Origin: a virus
Reading direction: 5' to 3' (one strand)
DNA: 64,000 bases
IMG/VR virus record: IMGVR_UViG_3300007735_000802
The position numbers and the translations under genes are program-made. Shown piece after piece: positions 58,937 to 64,000 of this stretch; position 1 is the stretch's first letter; each line of letters begins with the position of its first letter. The notes under the pieces are model-generated. The model was not told the DNA's origin, did not search any database, and saw only the letters and a program-made list of their open reading frames with translations.

Positions 58937-59683
58937 TCATGGCCATGGACCTATTACTGGTGTTATAGAACCTGTTATATGATCACCAGTATAACCAATA
59001 TCTGTTACAAATATATCACCAGCAGTTGTGTCATCATATAGATTGACATCGGTTCTTTCTATTATTCCTCCCGTAGAACCACAAATTTCTGGATAGACAT
59101 ATGTCTTTGCTGTAAAGTCAAAACTACTAATCAATACTCTTCTTGAATCAAAAGATCCTTCGTAATCTTCATTCAGGGCAACTCCATTCAATACCACAGG
59201 AACATCTACTTCCTGGTATAGATCATTCATCTTGATTCTCATCATATATTCTGGAGCAAAGAATGGAACAACTTGTTCAATTATTTGCAACATATCATCC
59301 ATATGTCTTGTGTATGCATATAAAGAAAATCCAATATTGTATGGAACTTCAGAATAAGCAGATTTATAAACTCCGTTTACTACATCTGCTCTCTTTATAA
59401 GTCTATTAACTTTTCTTGTTGGATCGTATAGTAAAGTTGTAATTTCAAATCCGAGTTTTGGTAAGACTATCTGAACTCTGCTATCTTTTGTGAGACTGCT
59501 TTCTTGTGTAAGTTTCAGAATAAACTTTTCTTTACTTCCATATGCAAGTGGTACTCTGATTTTATCTTTTTCTGTATTGTCTGTGTTATATCTTGTCACA
59601 TAGACAGAATCAAATAAAGATCCAAACGCGAGAACTGTTTTTCGTATGGACTGATTGTAGAATGTTTTATTTACGCTAAACAT
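58937..59683 (-). CDS. 15: Tail sheath stabilizer/completion protein (gp15)
   Basis: FYNQSIRK..LAFGSLF, VPLAYG.KEKF, YDPTRK, QIIEQ..PFF.P. Confidence 0.93.
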   Translation of the reverse strand: MFSVNKTFYNQSIRKTVLAFGSLFDSVYVTRYNTDNTEKDKIRVPLAYGSKEKFILKLTQESSLTKDSRVQIVLPKLGFEITTLLYDPTRKVNRLIKRADVVNGVYKSAYSEVPYNIGFSLYAYTRHMDDMLQIIEQVVPFFAPEYMMRIKMNDLYQEVDVPVVLNGVALNEDYEGSFDSRRVLISSFDFTAKTYVYPEICGSTGGIIERTDVNLYDDTTAGDIFVTDIGYTGDHITGSITPVIGPWP

Positions 59684-60615
59684 TAATCACATTCCTCCGA
59701 GAATGGATCATCTTTATTAAATTCCAATATACCGTCTGCTGCCTGTGAATAAAGATCGTTTTCCATAATATTGACACCCGATATTGGATCTACAGATAGA
59801 TTTACATTTGTTGTGGTGATACCTAACAAATAGTATTCTGTTAGAGTTATTCCAGTTCCGTATGTCTTTATAGACTGAGTTCCTGTTGGACCAGCAACAA
59901 AGGTTCCGGTAAGTCCTTTAATATATGCATTTATTCCAGAATATTCAACTATTGTTGCTATACCAGTTGCATTTGCATATGTTGCACCAGCACCAGTAAC
60001 CCCACTTACTTGATATATTGTATCTCCTCTTCGTGGTCGTATTGAACCAGAGATTGGTAAAGAAGAAATTGTAAGTATTTCCATATTATATTGACGATCA
60101 TCTTGAACTTCATCAATTTCAGATACGCCAGTTTCAATGTCTTCGAATGAATATGTGAAGAGTTCACATGTTAATGTATATGTTGTTAGACTTCCAAATT
60201 GGAAGAATGGAATCTTGTCTTCTACATAATTTATTTCAAATAAACTTTTATTTAGTGGAAAAAATATTAAATCTCCTTCACGGGGAGTTAATATTGTTGA
60301 ATTCTTTGTTGTTATTTCCTGAGCAAAACGAGTCTTTGATAATTGAAATGTAACGCGATCTGTGATGCTAATGCCAAATTTATTGACAATATTCATCTGA
60401 TTGCCGAACGATGTTACATTTTGTATATACATTTCAATGCGATACGAATCTGAAAAACTTGATGTTGGATCTTCTCCAAAGATTAAATCTATATCCAATG
60501 CCTCTCTTGGAATATAAATCATATCTCTACCCATAGCACGAATCGTCTCTATGGTGAGATCATCTAAAAGTTTTTGTTCTCCTCTATAATCTCGGAAGAA
60601 TGGATTTACTGCCAT
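59683..60615 (-). CDS. 14: Neck protein (gp14)
   Basis: NPFF, YIPRE, IFGED, IEMY, KFG, PREGDLIFFP, CELF.YS. Confidence 0.93.
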   Translation of the reverse strand: MAVNPFFRDYRGEQKLLDDLTIETIRAMGRDMIYIPREALDIDLIFGEDPTSSFSDSYRIEMYIQNVTSFGNQMNIVNKFGISITDRVTFQLSKTRFAQEITTKNSTILTPREGDLIFFPLNKSLFEINYVEDKIPFFQFGSLTTYTLTCELFTYSFEDIETGVSEIDEVQDDRQYNMEILTISSLPISGSIRPRRGDTIYQVSGVTGAGATYANATGIATIVEYSGINAYIKGLTGTFVAGPTGTQSIKTYGTGITLTEYYLLGITTTNVNLSVDPISGVNIMENDLYSQAADGILEFNKDDPFSEECD

Positions 60616-60618
60616 ATG

Positions 60619-61437
60619 TTATCCTATCATGAAATCGACTGGTAATTCATATGCCGATTCGAATTCTCGTTCTATTAATGCAATTTCTTGAAGTGCTTCT
60701 TGATATATTTGAGCACCCCTGAGTGTTATGCCACCGGGAAGTTGAACACCGTCAAACTTTGCCATGTTTGCTCCCCATTGTCTCTTGATAAGTGCGGTAA
60801 CATATTTTTTAAGCATACGATCATCGTATATTTTTGTCCATGTATCAGGATCAAGCATGGCATATGCTTCTATAATTAGATAATATCCAGCAGTTACTTC
60901 TGAATTTTGTTCATTTAATGCATCAATATAAATTCTATTTGTTACTTTACTAAATCTTATTGATTTTTCTGGACTGAATATTTGTTCAATCAAACTAATG
61001 TAAGACATAGTCGATTGATATCCTGCCATTGGATTTGCTTGAGATCCATTCAATCCTCTGTTAATTCCAAAGTAGTCAGTAAGTGCCAACTGATATCTAA
61101 CATCAAACATATTAACACCTGTCATCAGCCCAAACCTGAAGACACGAACCACTGAAACTATATCTGTTCCTGATGGACTGTCATTTACATCTCCGCTTGG
61201 TGGCAATATATCTTCAAGTTCAATATATCCTCTAGAAATATCTGCTTGAGTGACCTGATATTTAAAAAATGTTTTCTGAACACCATCAAAATGTCTGGTA
61301 GCAAAGTATTGAAGTGCTTCATCTAGACGATCTTCGCATTGCTGACGATCTACATTGATTTCAAGTATGGGAGCACCAAGTGCTCTTAGACAATGATCTA
61401 TTAATGTATCTCTTGAGGTAGGTGGTTCTGATCCCAT
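60619..61437 (-). CDS. 13: Neck protein (gp13)
   Basis: CLRALGAP..EINV, HFDG, KRQWG.NM.KF, LPGG. Confidence 0.93.
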   Translation of the reverse strand: MGSEPPTSRDTLIDHCLRALGAPILEINVDRQQCEDRLDEALQYFATRHFDGVQKTFFKYQVTQADISRGYIELEDILPPSGDVNDSPSGTDIVSVVRVFRFGLMTGVNMFDVRYQLALTDYFGINRGLNGSQANPMAGYQSTMSYISLIEQIFSPEKSIRFSKVTNRIYIDALNEQNSEVTAGYYLIIEAYAMLDPDTWTKIYDDRMLKKYVTALIKRQWGANMAKFDGVQLPGGITLRGAQIYQEALQEIALIEREFESAYELPVDFMIG

Positions 61438-61439
61438 TT

Positions 61440-61476
61440 AAAAATCTCCATCTTTATTTATAAGATGGAGATTTTT
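61440..61476 (-). promoter_or_regulatory. 15-bp hairpin with late promoter TATAAATA in its loop and the gp13 SD in its 3' arm
   Basis: Minus strand AAAAATCTCCATCTT-ATAAATA-AAGATGGAGATTTTT-AA-ATG. Confidence 0.75.
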
Positions 61477-61479
61477 TTA

Positions 61480-62070
61480 TTATTTGGGATTTGTTGATTC
61501 TTCTGGTTTTGGACCTGGAGGTTCGTGTGAAGATACTTGAATCTTCTCAATTTCTTTATATGGTAGTTGTTCGATATACCATCTTCTTGTCACGGGATTT
61601 TGTGCTTCGTCTGGTTTTGACTTTTGATAATTTGAAAATCCTGGCATTTGCAACGGACATGAAAGTCTCGGATAGTCTAGTTTACTATACTCGTCACCTT
61701 CTGCCAGCAACCATGTTCCTTTTCTATCTCCACACCCACATCCACCACAAAAGAATTTTCCTGGTGTTTCACTTCGTTTTAAATGTTCACATGGAGGGAG
61801 AATTCCACCCTGCGCCTTGTTTCCAAAACAACTCACAACTCTGAGTTGTTTCATTGGAATTGTTACTTTTTCGTTATTAAATCCTCTTGAAGCAATAGCG
61901 GTTGCAAAACTTTGCATCATGGTTAATTTTTCTTTAACCACATTTGTCTTTTGTATTTCTTCTGATCTAAATTCCACAGGTTGCTCTGTTGGTTGTGATA
62001 TTGCCTGTGCTGGTTCCGCTTTTGGTTGTTCAGGATTTACATTATTTTTATTTTTACAATTGCAACCCAT
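61480..62070 (-). CDS. Cys-rich hypothetical protein
   Basis: MGCNCK, SC..PCEH..FCGGCGCG..SCP. Confidence 0.7.
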   Translation of the reverse strand: MGCNCKNKNNVNPEQPKAEPAQAISQPTEQPVEFRSEEIQKTNVVKEKLTMMQSFATAIASRGFNNEKVTIPMKQLRVVSCFGNKAQGGILPPCEHLKRSETPGKFFCGGCGCGDRKGTWLLAEGDEYSKLDYPRLSCPLQMPGFSNYQKSKPDEAQNPVTRRWYIEQLPYKEIEKIQVSSHEPPGPKPEESTNPK

Positions 62071-62080
62071 AATATACCTT

Positions 62081-63565
62081 TCATGTTAAAACAATTTTTC
62101 TAAAGAATAAAATATTCTGAGAAGTCTTGCTATTTACCAAATAAGTTTTGAAATTAGTTTCATAAGAATCACTTATTCCTATAGAATACAAGAACTTACT
62201 ATTATATAGATCAGATACAGATGTGACTGAGTTTATATAATTTGAATTAAAGAAAGAAGAAGATAATAAATTACCCTTTTCGGTAATTCCATTTCTGTAC
62301 AAATATGCAGCATAGAAATACAATTCATATATGGAAGGAATATAGTAATCTATAAATCCTTTTCTTGCATTATATTTAATTGTATTTGTAAGTGCATTAT
62401 TAATTCCTGGGAATGATGTATTTCCATAAGTGTTATAATATCCATCCCACAAAGAAGTTCTATACACCACTTGCTCTTCATCATATTTAAAGAATGGTAA
62501 ATATGTAAGAGTCTCGTCTACTATCAACGCCCATTGCTTATCAGTTCCACCAACAGAATTACCAGTTACTGTTCCTAAAGATGGACTTCCAAAACTAAGA
62601 TTTCCATATACTTGACTGCTCTTGCCATTCAGATATGGTGGTTTAAATATACCAATATATATTCCACCCTGAAATTTATCTCCAGCAGTTAATCCCTTTG
62701 AATTAAACTCAGACAATGTCATTGATTGTCGTGTAAATATTCCGTTTACCTTTACTGGATCTTCTGGTTGATATGAATTTACACAAAATGCATTTGTTTC
62801 ATCTGCACTCTCTACCCAATATCCATTACACATAGATTCATGAGTCAATGTGCATTCATATTCGTTGTCACTATTTAAAGTATAACAAGAACCAATTGTA
62901 TTTGCAGAATAGTTTGTTGTTGAAGTTATTAATTGTGTTTGAATATCTAATGTTGTACAATCTGTTGATCCACATCGGTCTGAATTAAATACAGACGGAT
63001 ATGCATCAGTAGTCAATCTTTCACAATCAATCGCAGTGCATACATTTGTGCATACAATGTCTGTAGGCCATCCAGTTACTGGATCAAAATCTAAATGACA
63101 ACAACCTTTTGGTTTTCTAACATCTGTATTTGGAGCGTTAACACATCTATATCTCCAATCATTTGTATCATTTGGGTTTGTATTCACTAATGTGTCTGGA
63201 CATGAACCAGCAGTCCATTTGCCACCTCGTCTTGCACATTCACACCTAGTGATATTGCTTTGTGTACCAGAATCTAAATATGGTTGTGTTCCCCCAGATA
63301 GTGGTAAATCTGGAATTGAATCTAAATCTCCTGGTGTCACTCTAGAACAAGAGCAGCAACAACCAAGTTGTAAGTCGGCATTTGGACATTCTACATTATC
63401 AATTGATCCCGTTATACCAGCGACGAAATGACCATTTTCTGTAAAGCATTCAATAAATGACTTTATTGTTTTTGTGTTGTCTATTCCACAACACACTCCA
63501 TAACTGTTTAGTTTTGGTGCATAGTTAATTGCTGGTTTGATGCGTGATCTGAATTGTATTGACAT
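62081..63565 (-). CDS. Cys-rich repeat protein with C-terminal Lcl/DUF1566-like domain, probably virion
   Basis: GVCC, GCCC, GCCH, GSCY repeats; GDKFQGGIYIG...DYYIPSIYEL. Confidence 0.6.
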   Translation of the reverse strand: MSIQFRSRIKPAINYAPKLNSYGVCCGIDNTKTIKSFIECFTENGHFVAGITGSIDNVECPNADLQLGCCCSCSRVTPGDLDSIPDLPLSGGTQPYLDSGTQSNITRCECARRGGKWTAGSCPDTLVNTNPNDTNDWRYRCVNAPNTDVRKPKGCCHLDFDPVTGWPTDIVCTNVCTAIDCERLTTDAYPSVFNSDRCGSTDCTTLDIQTQLITSTTNYSANTIGSCYTLNSDNEYECTLTHESMCNGYWVESADETNAFCVNSYQPEDPVKVNGIFTRQSMTLSEFNSKGLTAGDKFQGGIYIGIFKPPYLNGKSSQVYGNLSFGSPSLGTVTGNSVGGTDKQWALIVDETLTYLPFFKYDEEQVVYRTSLWDGYYNTYGNTSFPGINNALTNTIKYNARKGFIDYYIPSIYELYFYAAYLYRNGITEKGNLLSSSFFNSNYINSVTSVSDLYNSKFLYSIGISDSYETNFKTYLVNSKTSQNILFFRKIVLT

Positions 63566-63574
63566 ATGTTTCTC

Positions 63575-64000
63575 TTAACACGCTTCATAATCAGAACAAT
63601 CGGAACCACATAAAATAGGAACACACAACTCTTCATTATTTATAGTTATTTTTACATTTTTAATTGTTGTGTTTGTTGAATATCTGAATGTTAACGATGG
63701 AATACATGAAACTGATTCGTTTATAATTAAATTATCACAATTCACAATTCTTTCAAGATCACATGGTGGACTAAATGTACCTGGAGGACCAACTTGACCA
63801 ATTTGAGGACCATTATTGCATTCTTCAACACATTGTTGTGGTTCACAAGTTCCTGTTGCACAACAATCACATCCACCAGGATAACATTCATCTGGAGATC
63901 TACAAGGACCAGCAGCACAATCACATATAGTTGATGGAGCTACTTTATATCCAAATAACAAATGTGCTCTGTGATCAACATACTGCAATACTGGACAAGA
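63575..64000 (-). CDS. Cys-rich protein, C-terminal part (5' end outside the window)
   Basis: Frame is open to the window end; about 17 Cys in 137 aa. Confidence 0.6.
   Translation of the reverse strand, partial: SCPVLQYVDHRAHLLFGYKVAPSTICDCAAGPCRSPDECYPGGCDCCATGTCEPQQCVEECNNGPQIGQVGPPGTFSPPCDLERIVNCDNLIINESVSCIPSLTFRYSTNTTIKNVKITINNEELCVPILCGSDCSDYEAC

Noticed and set aside
1-64000. Alternative genetic code (stop-codon reassignment)
   Set aside because: Core genes translate full-length in the standard code, with TAA, TAG and TGA all used as stops, and no suppressor tRNA is present.

Overview
This 64 kb window is part of a large, AT-rich, lytic T4-like myovirus. Its gene order resembles cyanophage/pelagiphage T4-like phages, and almost all genes lie on the minus strand. 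Reading the minus strand from the right end: Cys-rich proteins; gp13-14-15-16-17-18-19-20-core-21-22-23-3; uvsY, uvsW, gp55, gp47, gp46, gp45, gp44, gp62, regA; a ~20 kb accessory block; then dUTPase, DNA methyltransferase, split DNA polymerase, uvsX, gp41, gp61, thyX, class II RNR (nrdJ) and two putative polysaccharide-active proteins. The accessory block holds a 12-kb sugar biosynthesis/glycosyltransferase island with a form IV RuBisCO-like protein and RfbH, directly followed by collagen-like (Gly-Pro-Thr) fibre and virion genes. The two polymerase halves (gp43A, gp43B) are 3.75 kb apart. The gap holds a SpoU/TrmH tRNA methyltransferase, tRNA-Gln(UUG), tRNA-Leu(UAA), tRNA-Leu(CAA), a GC-richer island with a PEP-CTERM-like protein, and a ferritin-like gene. 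Several protein motifs point to a planctomycete (Phycisphaerae-like) host; this is inference. The best candidate novel systems are (1) a phage RuBisCO-like/cupin/nucleotidyltransferase sugar pathway that may feed glycosylation of collagen-like virion fibres, and (2) a tRNA plus tRNA 2'-O-methyltransferase cassette inside the split polymerase. All product calls come from motif recognition only; no database searches were run.
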